Below are positions 1-9,221 of a DNA stretch of 64,000 nucleotides, piece after piece. The notes beneath the pieces are model-generated. The model worked only from the letters and a program-made list of their open reading frames with translations. It made no database searches and had not been told where the DNA came from. Where the stretch lies: positions 1-64,000 of the forward strand of contig JAVJQW010000061.1 in the NCBI GenBank assembly GCA_040218735.1, read 5' to 3'. Made by a program: the position numbers and the translations under genes. The stretch comes from Deltaproteobacteria bacterium (GTDB lineage Bacteria; Myxococcota; Kuafuiibacteriia; Kuafuiibacteriales; Kuafuiibacteriaceae). The first letter of the stretch is position 1, and every line of letters starts with the position of its first letter.

Positions 1-211
1 GGCGGGTGCCCGATTTCTTCCACAACCTCGGACTGATCCGACTGCGGGGAACGGTGAAGTACCCGGAAACGCCGTTCTGGGGGAACGCGTAATGCAGCAA
101 CTCAAGAGACCACCGGTAAGCCGTGTGCGGGAAATCCGCACGCACGGTGTGAAAGGGGGTCTTGATTCACTCTTCCGCCGAACGGCGGCAAAGGAATAAG
201 GATCTACCAAT
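1..211 (+). mobile_element. 3' end of a group II intron (IEP tail, domain V, domain VI); truncated by the window edge
   Basis: Domain V-like AAGCCGTGTGCGGGAAATCCGCACGCACGGT at about 118-148 (catalytic triad region, GAAA tetraloop). Domain VI stem 155-168 pairs with 194-208 and leaves A206 bulged; the element ends ...CCAAT (AY terminus). The exact 3' splice site is uncertain by a few nt. Confidence 0.88.
3..92 (+). CDS. C-terminal end of group II intron reverse transcriptase/maturase (partial)
   Basis: Frame 3 reads RVPDFFHNLGLIRLRGTVKYPETPFWGNA* and stops just before domain V. It resembles the GLxRLRGTVxYP tails of endonuclease-less bacterial IEPs. Confidence 0.7.
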   Translation, partial: RVPDFFHNLGLIRLRGTVKYPETPFWGNA

Positions 212-1202
212 GAGCCCGGACGCTTGCAACCTATCTTGCATGACCCAGAACGATCTCCTGAGCGGACTTCGCGAAGCGCTTCGCGCGGAGCTGAATAGCG
301 GTGTCCAGGCGCTTCGGTTCATGGCGGAGATCGAGCGGCGCAAGCTCTACGTGGAGCGCGGCTTCAGCTCGCTGTTTCGATTCTGCGTCGAGGGGCTCGG
401 GCTGACCGAGGACCAGGCGTGCCGGCGCGTCGCCGTGGTGCGCGCGGCGCGGCGGGTGCCCGAGGTCTTCCAGATGATCGCGACCGGCGAGCTGCACATG
501 ACGGGCGTCGCGAAGCTCTCGAAGTTCATGAACGATGACAACGCCCACAGCCTCGTCGAGCAGGCGAAAAACAAGTCCAAGGCCGGGGTCGAGATGCTGA
601 TCGCCACCGAGTTCCCCGGCGCGAAGAGCTGCGAAGACCGCGGCGAGGCGGCGACGCCGGAGACGTTCGCTTTTCGCTTCGACGGGAGCGCCGAAGCGAA
701 GGCGCTCTTGGATCGAGCCAAGGAGCCCACCCCGCCCGGAACGGACATCGGGGAGATCTTCGAAGCGGCGCTCGCGCTGTGCGTGGAGAAGCTGGAGAGG
801 CGGAAGAACGGAAAGACGAGTCGTCCGCGATCGAAACCCGCCGAGGATGCGCCGGCGGGCGCAGCGTACGTCTCGGCGGCAACGCGCCGCGCGGTGGTCG
901 AGCGCGACGGCGCGCAGTGCACGTACGTGAGCCCGGGCGGGCGGCGATGCAGCGAACGGTCGAACCTCGAATTCGATCACGTGGGCGGCCGCGCGCTGGG
1001 CGCCAGGAGCGTGGTCGGGGAGCTGCGCTTGCTGTGTCGCGCGCACAACCTTCACGCGGCGCGGGAGGTGTTGGGTCGCGCGCTCATCGATCGGAGGATT
1101 CGGGAGCGCCGCTCCACCCGGACCAGGCCAGGCTCGATTCCGGAGCCTACTCGGCCTGAAACGCATCCGACGCCACCGGCACGTGCGGAGGACAGCTCGT
1201 GA
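210..1202 (+). CDS. HNH endonuclease with DUF222-like N-terminal region
   Basis: N-terminal ERRKLY..GFSSLFRFC..L..EDQA.RRV..VRAARR.P; C-terminal CTYVSPGGRRC...LEFDH...LRLLCRAHN. Start is ATG210 or ATG240. Confidence 0.85.
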   Translation: MSPDACNLSCMTQNDLLSGLREALRAELNSGVQALRFMAEIERRKLYVERGFSSLFRFCVEGLGLTEDQACRRVAVVRAARRVPEVFQMIATGELHMTGVAKLSKFMNDDNAHSLVEQAKNKSKAGVEMLIATEFPGAKSCEDRGEAATPETFAFRFDGSAEAKALLDRAKEPTPPGTDIGEIFEAALALCVEKLERRKNGKTSRPRSKPAEDAPAGAAYVSAATRRAVVERDGAQCTYVSPGGRRCSERSNLEFDHVGGRALGARSVVGELRLLCRAHNLHAAREVLGRALIDRRIRERRSTRTRPGSIPEPTRPETHPTPPARAEDSS

Positions 1203-1391
1203 GAGCGATACCAGCCGGTGTTCGAGAGCGCGGCCCTCCTTCGAAGCACTGCCGTCCGCGGACCCCCTCCTTCGCCAGCCCGGCGAAACGGCGGCCGAGG
1301 GACGAGTCGCTCCGCGGCGCCGGCGCGCTGCTCTACGTCGAGGCGCCCCGCGCCGCCTGATGGCGGCTCGAGGCAGGCCCGTCTGCTAGAT

Positions 1392-1709
1392 CTAATCCAC
1401 CGAGGTCAACCTGACGTCAAGCTGCAGCGTCGCGCCCGGCGGGACGTTGTCGGCGCCGCGCTCCGCGTACGCGAGCTCGGGGGGGAGGACGAGCCTTCGT
1501 ACGCCGCCTTCGCGCATCCCGGTGACGCCGCGGTCGAGGCCTTCGATCACCTCGCCCATGTCGAGGACGAACGACAGCGTGGCCTCCGATTCGACGACGG
1601 TGCCGTCGGCGAGGGCGGCGGAGAAGACGATCGTGACGTTGTCGTCCGGACCGGCTTCGCGCCCTTCGCCGACGACGACGTCTTCGAACCCGACCTCCGG
1701 AGCGCTCAC
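1392..1709 (-). CDS. FKBP-type peptidyl-prolyl isomerase (small, possibly divergent)
   Basis: DVVVGEG...LADGT...FVLDMGEVIEGLDRGVTGMREGGVRRLVLPPELAY...VPPGATL. GTG start overlaps the upstream stop (GTGA). Confidence 0.88.
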   Translation of the reverse strand: MSAPEVGFEDVVVGEGREAGPDDNVTIVFSAALADGTVVESEATLSFVLDMGEVIEGLDRGVTGMREGGVRRLVLPPELAYAERGADNVPPGATLQLDVRLTSVD

Positions 1710-4700
1710 GCGAAGGGCCTCGCGATGCGCCCGAACGGCCCGAGCTGATCGAGGTAGAGGCTCTTGATCGTGTCCTCGGTGACCGCCCCAAGGCCCTGCT
1801 CGGCCTCGCGCGCGGTGAGGGTGTTGAGCATCTTCGCGACGCCGAAATAGCTGTTCGGGATCGCGACGCCGTTCTTGCTCGCGTCGAGGAAGAACGCCTC
1901 CAACTTCTGCGAGACCTGGCCAGTGGTGAGCCCGTCGTACGCCGCCACGAGCCGCTCTTCGAGCGTGCGTTGATCGCCGTCGTTCGGGTCGCCGATCGAG
2001 GCGTGCGTCATGAGCTGCGCGACGAGCTTGGCCTTCCGCTTCTGCTGCCACTTGTCGCGGCTGAACGCGGCGAGGAGACGAACGAAGAGATCACCCTCCT
2101 CGGGGGTCAGGTTCTCGAACTGCCCGGGGTCGAACAACCCGAGGCGCGCGCCGTTGTCCGAGACGTTGGCGTCGTGAGGATCGGTGAGCACGAAGGTCTT
2201 GCCGTCACGAATGAAATCCGAACGTGTGTCGAGCGCCGCGCGGACGAGCTGCACGTGCAGCGCTTCGATTCGCCCGCGTTCCTCGGTGGTCAGCTTCCGC
2301 GCACGGCTGATCTGCGCGATCGTCTTGCCGCCCGTCGAGCGACGCATCAGGAAGTGGTGATCCGACGCGACCACCTGCGGCACATCGACCAGCGGACCCA
2401 CCGCCGACGCCGCGAGCTCCGCGAACGCACGCTCTTCCCCGGGCAGGTCCAGCTCACGCTCCAACATCGGCTTCACGCGCCGACCGACGTGGCGCAGGTG
2501 CGGGAGCACGTCGAGGGCCTGAACGGAGCCGTCGATGTCGGCCTGCACGCCATCGCGCACGACCGCCGCAACGAGCTCTTCGTCCGCGCTGATGCCCAGC
2601 GACGCGTCCGGGCGAACGAGGAGAACCTGCTTGATCGATCCGGTCCCGAGCGTGGGGCCCAGCGCCGCGATCTTCGGTCGCTGGGCGTGCGGGATCCGCG
2701 ACCACACGCCGAGCGGCGTCATGCGCTCGTTCTGATCGCGGACGTCCTCGAGCGCGACGCGGAAGCGGAGCGGGACACTCGGGTCCTCGCTGAGCTGCTG
2801 GCCGACCTTGATCGCGACGGCACCCGCCGAGACCATCAATCGCTTGAGTAGATCGGGAGCGTCCTGCGTCGGGGGCTCGAGGAGCACGGTCGAGAAGATG
2901 CGCGCGCGGATCGCGACGGGGAGCGCGTCGAGCACCGTGCGGACGTCGTCGATGATCTTCGCGCCGTCGGGATCCGCGGCGATGACGGAGAACGCACGCT
3001 GGTCGAGGACGTCGTCGACGAGCGCACGCGCCGAAGCGAAACCTCGGTCGCGCGCCACCTGTTCCACGACGGGATCCCTCTGCTCGACGCGCGTGAGCAT
3101 CTGTTCGACCGCCGAAGTGAAGATCGCCTTCTGCGTCCCCTCGCCGTAGCCGGCCCAGTACGCGCGGAGCCGTTCGAGCGCCGAGGTGTCCTCGGGAGCC
3201 AGCTTCTCCTGCGCCACGAGGTCCGCGGCGGACAGCTCGCCGCGCAAGAACGCGAGGAACGAAGCGACGTCACCCGGGAACGAGCCGATCGTGTCGCGGA
3301 GGACCTCGGCCCGCGCGGAGCTGAACGTCTTGCGGCCGTAGCCGGTCACCGTGTCGAGGAGCGCGCGGTCGTTCCAGCCGTCGGGAACCAGCGCGTCGAG
3401 CAACGCGTCGCGTTCGATCGACGGCGGAAGGACCTGCTGCACGTCGCGCAGCACCGCCGCGGTGTCGGAGTGCGCGCGGGCCTCGTCGAGGAGGGCGTCG
3501 GTGAGCTCGGTCTTCAGCGTCTGCACGTCGCCGTCGAGCATCGTGACGGCGTCGGCGATCGCGCGCTGCCACGCCGCGCGATCCTGACTCGCGGGCGTCG
3601 ACCGCGGGGCGCGACGCAGGGTCGCCTCGAGCTCGGCGTGTACCTGGCGCCGCTGCGCAATGTCGGTGGCGGCGGTGAAGCGCGCGCGCACCGCGGCGAC
3701 CTCGATGCCGCGCACGGCGGCGGTCGGGTGCAGGATCAGATCGCGAGGGTTCGGCACACCGGCGTGCAGCGCGCTCGCGTGCTGCGCCGGGAAGTCGAGC
3801 GTGTAGCCCTGCGCCGCGTAGGCGACCGGGAGCTGGGCGAGCGCCTGGGAATGCTTGGCGTCCGTAAAGTCAGCCTGCGCGCAGAGGCGATCGAGCGCGG
3901 GGGCGATGGCACGTTCGACCATAGCCTCGGTCTCGGCGGTCCGGGTCTGGCCGGTGATGATTCGCGTCGCGGTGTCCACGCGGGCGGCGAGCCCGTCGAA
4001 GTCGAGGCTGGGATCGCGGAGCGCGGCCGCGAGCTCGTCGGCGGTGAAACCGCGGTCGATGACGTCCTGCCCCATCTTTCGAATGTCGGGCTCACGTGCG
4101 TTCACCATGAGCAGCGCGTCGCCGAGCGAAGTCGTCTGGGCGAGCTCCGTCCACGCGCGCTCGGCGCGCGCGCGAACCGCGTCGTTCTTGTGCTGCTTGA
4201 GGACGGACGCGCGGGCGAGGTCCGTCGCGCGGCCGTGGCCGAAGAGATCGTCGATGTGCTTCGCGGGGATCGTGATGGTGACGTTGCGCGACGCGAGCTG
4301 GTCGATGCCCCCGAGGACGGCCTTCGTGCGCGCGTCGTCGGACCAGTCCGTCAGCGCGCAGAGCCGATCGTAGGCGGGCTGGTAGACCTGCTCGACGAAC
4401 TGCGCCTCCTCGGCGGCCGACAGGCGCCGCTGCGACGAACCGCGCCGGCCGTTGGATCGCCACGTCGTCACGAGCGCCCGGCCGACGGTGGTGAGCTCGC
4501 GCTCCAACTGAACGGGATCCGTCTGCGTGGGATCGAGGAGGAGGTGGCGCAACCTGACTTGCGCGGTCTTCGACGCGCGATGGTCGCCGACGGGGACCCC
4601 TTTGATCGCCGCATTGAGGTCTGCGCTGCGATCCCCGGTGAGTCCGTCGAGCGCACGGGTCTCGGAGACGTACGCAACGAAATCCGCGAACGGGAGGTCG

Positions 4701-7204
4701 AGCGTTCGGTCGTAGCGCAGGACCTCCCAACCGAGGCGCTGCAGCGCCGGGTGGTTGGGCGCTTCGTCGCGCGGGATCTCGGCGCGGAGCGCGTCGAAGA
4801 TCGGACGCAGGAACGCGACCTGCGGCAGCCCGGCGTCGAGCACACGATCGACGCGTGCGAGACGCTCGGCGAGGGGCCCAGATCTCAGCGCTTCGACGAT
4901 CGCCGCCTCCGCGCGCGGCCGAGCGGAGAGGAGCTCCGAGAGCTGGAGCGCCCGCGTAGTCGCGGCGTCGGGATCGACGGCGAAGATCTCATCGAGCGTC
5001 GCCTCGGGGATCGGACGATGCACCCGGGCCGCGCGCGCCTGGAGTCGTTCGATGGACGCGTCGTCGCTCGGATCGAGCGTCGCGCAGAGCCGTTCGAAGA
5101 CCGGAACGCGCACGGAGTGGGCAGCGTTGGAGCCTTCGACCGCGTCCGCGATGGACTCGAGCGCCGCGAAGTCGTCGATCCGCGGGAGCGCTTCGGTCAT
5201 CGCCTTCGTGACGTGCGACGACATCGCGTACGTCGATGCGATGTCGAGCGCCTCGGTCCACTCCGCGAGGTCGCCACTCGCGAGATCCAGCACGTGTTCG
5301 ATGCGATGCGCCGGGAAGGTCGAGCTGCGGGACGCGTCACGGCGGTTCGTCCACAGAAAGCGCGCGGTGTCGCGGTCGCTCCAATCGGCGATCCGCGCGA
5401 GCTGGTGCAAGCCCGCCTCGATGACCTCGTCCGCGCGCTCCGGGTGATCGAGGAGCTTGTCGAGTCGCTGCCGCAGCGCGGGGGCGTCGTCCCAAGCCGC
5501 GCCGAACACCGAGCGCGCCGCCGACGCCGTGAGCGGCAGCTCATGTTGCTCGGCGAGCTGGAGGATCGTGTCGAGGTTCGTCGACGAGCGCGCGAGTGCC
5601 TTGAACACCAGCGCGCGTTCACGCGCGGGCGCGCGATCGAATGCGCGCTTCAGGCGGGATGGATCGCCGGGAGGCGCTTCGTCGATCGCCGAGTCGAGGT
5701 AGGGCCGGAGCTCAGCGAGGACCGGACGATCCGCCGCCGCGAGGACGAGGTCGACGGCGTCGGCGCCGTCGAAGGTCGCATCCTTGATCCACGCGTGGAC
5801 GAGGCCGGCCTCGACCTCTTGTTTGGTCGCGAGCAGCAGCGCCACGGCGTCGACGTCGGACCAGTCCGTCCGCGCCGCGAGCACGTCGATACCCTCGCGC
5901 AGCAGGTTGAACCCGTGCTCGATGCCCGCCTTGATATCGACGAGCAGCCGCGCGAGCGCCGGTGGTTCGACGGAGTTGAACGCCTCCCGGAGCGCCGCCT
6001 CACCGACGTCGCGGGTCGCAAACGAACCGCACATCGCGATCGCGAGGCGATGCGGGAGAGGGTCGGGGAGCGTGACCTGCGGGAGCGCCCAGCGTGTGTT
6101 CGTGTGCCGATCGGCGAGCGCGTAGAGCGCGACGAACCCGTCGTCGGTCGGTGCGGTCGCCGTGATGAGGCTTTGGAACCGCTGGCGAACACGCGCGAGC
6201 GTGGCGTCCGGCGCGTTCAGATCTCCGGCGGCCGCGAAGAACGCGGTGACGGTCTCGACCGAGCCGAAGTCCACCTCCTCAACGCGAGCGTCGAGGCGCC
6301 GCGCGACGACGGCCGGTAACGCGTCTTGGTGAGCGAAACATGAAAAGGGCGTCTCGGCCCGGTCGAAGTGCTGCTGGATCAACGCATCGAGCTCGGACGC
6401 GCGAGCCGGATCCGCGTCGTGCTTCGTGACGCACTCCGCGAAGAACCGCGCGTCGGACTCGGCGGCCGCGAGCAGCAGGTCCGGCGGCGTGACAGGGAAG
6501 GTCGCGCCGAGCGTCTTCGCGAGGCCGATCAGCTGTCGAACCTCGACCGCGTCCGACGGGTCGATCGCGCCGAGCGCCCGGTCGAACAGCACGTCGTACG
6601 CGCCGATGTTCTCGGCGCGCCCGTAGGAGCGACCGCCCGCGAGGAGCTTCGCGCGCGCGAGGGCGATCGCGGGGCTAGCGTCGGCGAGCCGCGCGACGAG
6701 GTGCTCGAGCAAACTCGGGTCCTTCACGCCGCGCGTGACCTCCGCGAGCACCTCCTCGTCGAGCGCGTCGAGGTACGCGAGCGGGTAGCGCTGCGCGACC
6801 GAGGCGCCCGCCGGCCAGTCCACACGTTGGAAGCTGCCAAGGATTTCCTTCACGACGCGAGCGCTCGACCAGTCCGCGTGGTCGCAGAGCGCCTGCAGGC
6901 GATCGTGGATTTCGTTCGCGTCGGCTCCCTGGTGAAGTGCGAGCTCGAACGCCGACCGCGCTCCGCGGTAGGCGACGGCGGGGTCCTCCTTCCGCCGGGA
7001 CAGCAAACCCACGATTCCCCGGAACGAGGCGCCCGCGACGCGTGAATCGCGGGTGCTGGGTCCCTGAATCGCGCGGAGCGCGGCGACCGAAGGATCGGGG
7101 GCCTCGCCGGACGGCGCCTCCGATTCGGCGGAGCGGATTTCCTTGCGGTCGCCCGAAGGCGTGACAACCGACCGCGGGCCGCCGTGGACTCCCCGGGTCG
7201 TCAC
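1706..7204 (-). CDS. 1832-aa helical-repeat protein with C-terminal AarF/ABC1/UbiB kinase-like domain
   Basis: Long uninterrupted ORF. C-terminal motifs IKVGQQLS, LGTGSIKQV, ELDL..E, TDPHDANV, LFDPGQ; repeated L...DWSD-like motif upstream. Confidence 0.8.
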   Translation of the reverse strand: MTTRGVHGGPRSVVTPSGDRKEIRSAESEAPSGEAPDPSVAALRAIQGPSTRDSRVAGASFRGIVGLLSRRKEDPAVAYRGARSAFELALHQGADANEIHDRLQALCDHADWSSARVVKEILGSFQRVDWPAGASVAQRYPLAYLDALDEEVLAEVTRGVKDPSLLEHLVARLADASPAIALARAKLLAGGRSYGRAENIGAYDVLFDRALGAIDPSDAVEVRQLIGLAKTLGATFPVTPPDLLLAAAESDARFFAECVTKHDADPARASELDALIQQHFDRAETPFSCFAHQDALPAVVARRLDARVEEVDFGSVETVTAFFAAAGDLNAPDATLARVRQRFQSLITATAPTDDGFVALYALADRHTNTRWALPQVTLPDPLPHRLAIAMCGSFATRDVGEAALREAFNSVEPPALARLLVDIKAGIEHGFNLLREGIDVLAARTDWSDVDAVALLLATKQEVEAGLVHAWIKDATFDGADAVDLVLAAADRPVLAELRPYLDSAIDEAPPGDPSRLKRAFDRAPARERALVFKALARSSTNLDTILQLAEQHELPLTASAARSVFGAAWDDAPALRQRLDKLLDHPERADEVIEAGLHQLARIADWSDRDTARFLWTNRRDASRSSTFPAHRIEHVLDLASGDLAEWTEALDIASTYAMSSHVTKAMTEALPRIDDFAALESIADAVEGSNAAHSVRVPVFERLCATLDPSDDASIERLQARAARVHRPIPEATLDEIFAVDPDAATTRALQLSELLSARPRAEAAIVEALRSGPLAERLARVDRVLDAGLPQVAFLRPIFDALRAEIPRDEAPNHPALQRLGWEVLRYDRTLDLPFADFVAYVSETRALDGLTGDRSADLNAAIKGVPVGDHRASKTAQVRLRHLLLDPTQTDPVQLERELTTVGRALVTTWRSNGRRGSSQRRLSAAEEAQFVEQVYQPAYDRLCALTDWSDDARTKAVLGGIDQLASRNVTITIPAKHIDDLFGHGRATDLARASVLKQHKNDAVRARAERAWTELAQTTSLGDALLMVNAREPDIRKMGQDVIDRGFTADELAAALRDPSLDFDGLAARVDTATRIITGQTRTAETEAMVERAIAPALDRLCAQADFTDAKHSQALAQLPVAYAAQGYTLDFPAQHASALHAGVPNPRDLILHPTAAVRGIEVAAVRARFTAATDIAQRRQVHAELEATLRRAPRSTPASQDRAAWQRAIADAVTMLDGDVQTLKTELTDALLDEARAHSDTAAVLRDVQQVLPPSIERDALLDALVPDGWNDRALLDTVTGYGRKTFSSARAEVLRDTIGSFPGDVASFLAFLRGELSAADLVAQEKLAPEDTSALERLRAYWAGYGEGTQKAIFTSAVEQMLTRVEQRDPVVEQVARDRGFASARALVDDVLDQRAFSVIAADPDGAKIIDDVRTVLDALPVAIRARIFSTVLLEPPTQDAPDLLKRLMVSAGAVAIKVGQQLSEDPSVPLRFRVALEDVRDQNERMTPLGVWSRIPHAQRPKIAALGPTLGTGSIKQVLLVRPDASLGISADEELVAAVVRDGVQADIDGSVQALDVLPHLRHVGRRVKPMLERELDLPGEERAFAELAASAVGPLVDVPQVVASDHHFLMRRSTGGKTIAQISRARKLTTEERGRIEALHVQLVRAALDTRSDFIRDGKTFVLTDPHDANVSDNGARLGLFDPGQFENLTPEEGDLFVRLLAAFSRDKWQQKRKAKLVAQLMTHASIGDPNDGDQRTLEERLVAAYDGLTTGQVSQKLEAFFLDASKNGVAIPNSYFGVAKMLNTLTAREAEQGLGAVTEDTIKSLYLDQLGPFGRIARPFA

Positions 7205-7252
7205 GTATGGAATTCAACCACGTTTGGCGGGGGTCCGAACCGGGTTTTCGTC

Positions 7253-7861
7253 CTATCCGCCGTCCTCTTGCTCGTCGTCCCCGGCGTCGACCACGCCCGC
7301 GTCCGGGGAGCCGGCGTCCGGAGCCCCACCGCCGTCGCGGGGCAGCACGCCGCCGTCACGCACGAAGGATCCTGCGTCGCGGACCGCCGACCCGGCGTCG
7401 CGGACCACCGGACCACCGTCGCGCGGGCAACCCTCGATCTCGCGCCAGGACGCAGAGTCGATGACGTAATCCCCGCCACACCGAGGGCCCTCGTCCTCGA
7501 CCTCCACCGCGCGACCGCTGGGATCGGTAGTCTCCGCCTCCTCCTCGATCGCGTAGACGACCGCCGCGATCGTCACGCAGCCCAGCGACTGGTCCGGAGG
7601 GACCCCGGCGACCACCACGCCGTTGGCCGGTACGCCGATACACGCCTGCGTGCCGCGGCTCTCGTCGAAGAGCAGCTCCGCGCCGTCGCTGTTGATCTGC
7701 AGGAAGAGCTCGCCCGGCGTAACCAGGCCGGACTCCGGCGTGAAGGTGAACCGCACCGCGTCCTGGGCTTCGTCCGGCTCGATGGTGAGGGTCCCTCGAA
7801 CGGCCGAGCTACACGCGCTCAGCGCGAACACCAGCACCCCCGCGGCGAATCGACGCACCAT
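7253..7861 (-). CDS. Hypothetical lipoprotein with C-terminal RD[AG]G/DAG repeats
   Basis: MVRRFAAGVLVFALSAC lipobox; GAGG upstream; tail RDGG..RDAG..RDAG..RDGG..RDGG..PDAG. Confidence 0.7.
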   Translation of the reverse strand: MVRRFAAGVLVFALSACSSAVRGTLTIEPDEAQDAVRFTFTPESGLVTPGELFLQINSDGAELLFDESRGTQACIGVPANGVVVAGVPPDQSLGCVTIAAVVYAIEEEAETTDPSGRAVEVEDEGPRCGGDYVIDSASWREIEGCPRDGGPVVRDAGSAVRDAGSFVRDGGVLPRDGGGAPDAGSPDAGVVDAGDDEQEDGG

Positions 7862-7982
7862 CTCGACCTCAACCATCGGCCACCACGGCCCGAGCATGAG
7901 TCGAATCGAGACATCCCTACGGGTCCCCCGCCTGCGTCGGAATGTCGCACGACGCCCGCGTTGACTGGTTAGACTGGTCGCG

Positions 7983-9221
7983 ATGCGATCCCGCGCGCTC
8001 GTGACCAGTGCGCCCCACTCCGACAGCGCGACCGTCAACCTCGCGTGGCTCGTACGTCTTCGGTGGGGCGCGATCGGTGGACAGGCGCTCACGATCGTCA
8101 TCGCGGCGACCTGGCTGGACCCCCACCTCACGATGGCCCCCCTCCTCGGCCTCGTCGCCCTGGAAGCGGTCTCCAACCTCGTCGCGGGCCGCTACGCGCG
8201 CCGGGACCACGTGAACGAAAACGCCCTCGGCGTGGTGCTCGCGGTCGACGTCATCATCCTCACGCTGCTCCTCGCCTACAGCGGCGGCCCGTCGAACCCG
8301 TTCAACTTCCTCTACCTCGTCTACATCGCGCTCGCGGCGGTGATCGTCCGCGCGCGGTGGGCGTGGGTCCTCGTCGGCATGTCGGGCGCGTGTTTCGGGG
8401 CGCTCTTCCTGATCGAGACCCACGACCACAACGCACCCCACGACATGGCCATGCACGTCCGCGGGATGTGGGTCGCGTTCTGCGTCGCGGCCGTGTTCAT
8501 CGCGTACTTCGTGCAGCGCGTTCACACCGAGCTCCGCGAACGCGAAGCCCAGCTCGCCAGCGCGCAGAAGCTCGCTTCGCTCGCCACGCTCTCCGCCGGG
8601 GCCGCGCACGAGCTGTCGACGCCCTTGTCCACGATCGCCGTGGTCGCCAAGGAGCTCGAGCGCGCGCTCGACGAGAGCGATCCTCACCTCGAGGACGTCA
8701 CCCTCATCCGCTCCCAGGTCCAGCGGTGCCGCACGATCCTCGATCAGATGGCGGTCGATGCCGGCGCGAGCACCGGCGAGGGCATCGCGCCGGTCACGTT
8801 GTCCTCGGTGATCGACGCGGCCCTCGAAGGGCTCTCGGAGGCGCAGCGACGCCGGATCGAGATCGAGCGCGAGCTCGCCGAGCATTCGATCCGCGTCCCG
8901 CTCCGCGCCTTCTCGCAATCGCTCCGCGCGCTGGTGAAGAACGGACTGGAGGCCTCGAAGGGCACGGTGCGGATCACCTCGCACACGACACCTCGCGGTT
9001 TGACGTTGGAGGTCTGGGACGACGGCGACCCGATCGCGCCGGACGTGCTCGCGCGTGTCGGCGATCCCTTCTTCACGACCAAGGCACCGGGCAGCGGTAT
9101 GGGCCTCGGGGTCTTTCTCGCGCGAGCGGTGACGGAGAGCCTCGGTGGCGCGCTGTCGATCGAGTCGCGCCCTGGGCGCGGCACCTGCGCTCGAATGTCG
9201 GTGGCGACCAGCGATGAGTGA
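7983..9221 (+). CDS. regB: RegB/PrrB-family sensor histidine kinase
   Basis: WLVRLRW, GGPSNPF, multiple TM helices, H-box AAHELSTPL, redox Cys in QRCRTIL, DPFFTTK..GSGMGLGVF. Confidence 0.88.
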   Translation: MRSRALVTSAPHSDSATVNLAWLVRLRWGAIGGQALTIVIAATWLDPHLTMAPLLGLVALEAVSNLVAGRYARRDHVNENALGVVLAVDVIILTLLLAYSGGPSNPFNFLYLVYIALAAVIVRARWAWVLVGMSGACFGALFLIETHDHNAPHDMAMHVRGMWVAFCVAAVFIAYFVQRVHTELREREAQLASAQKLASLATLSAGAAHELSTPLSTIAVVAKELERALDESDPHLEDVTLIRSQVQRCRTILDQMAVDAGASTGEGIAPVTLSSVIDAALEGLSEAQRRRIEIERELAEHSIRVPLRAFSQSLRALVKNGLEASKGTVRITSHTTPRGLTLEVWDDGDPIAPDVLARVGDPFFTTKAPGSGMGLGVFLARAVTESLGGALSIESRPGRGTCARMSVATSDE

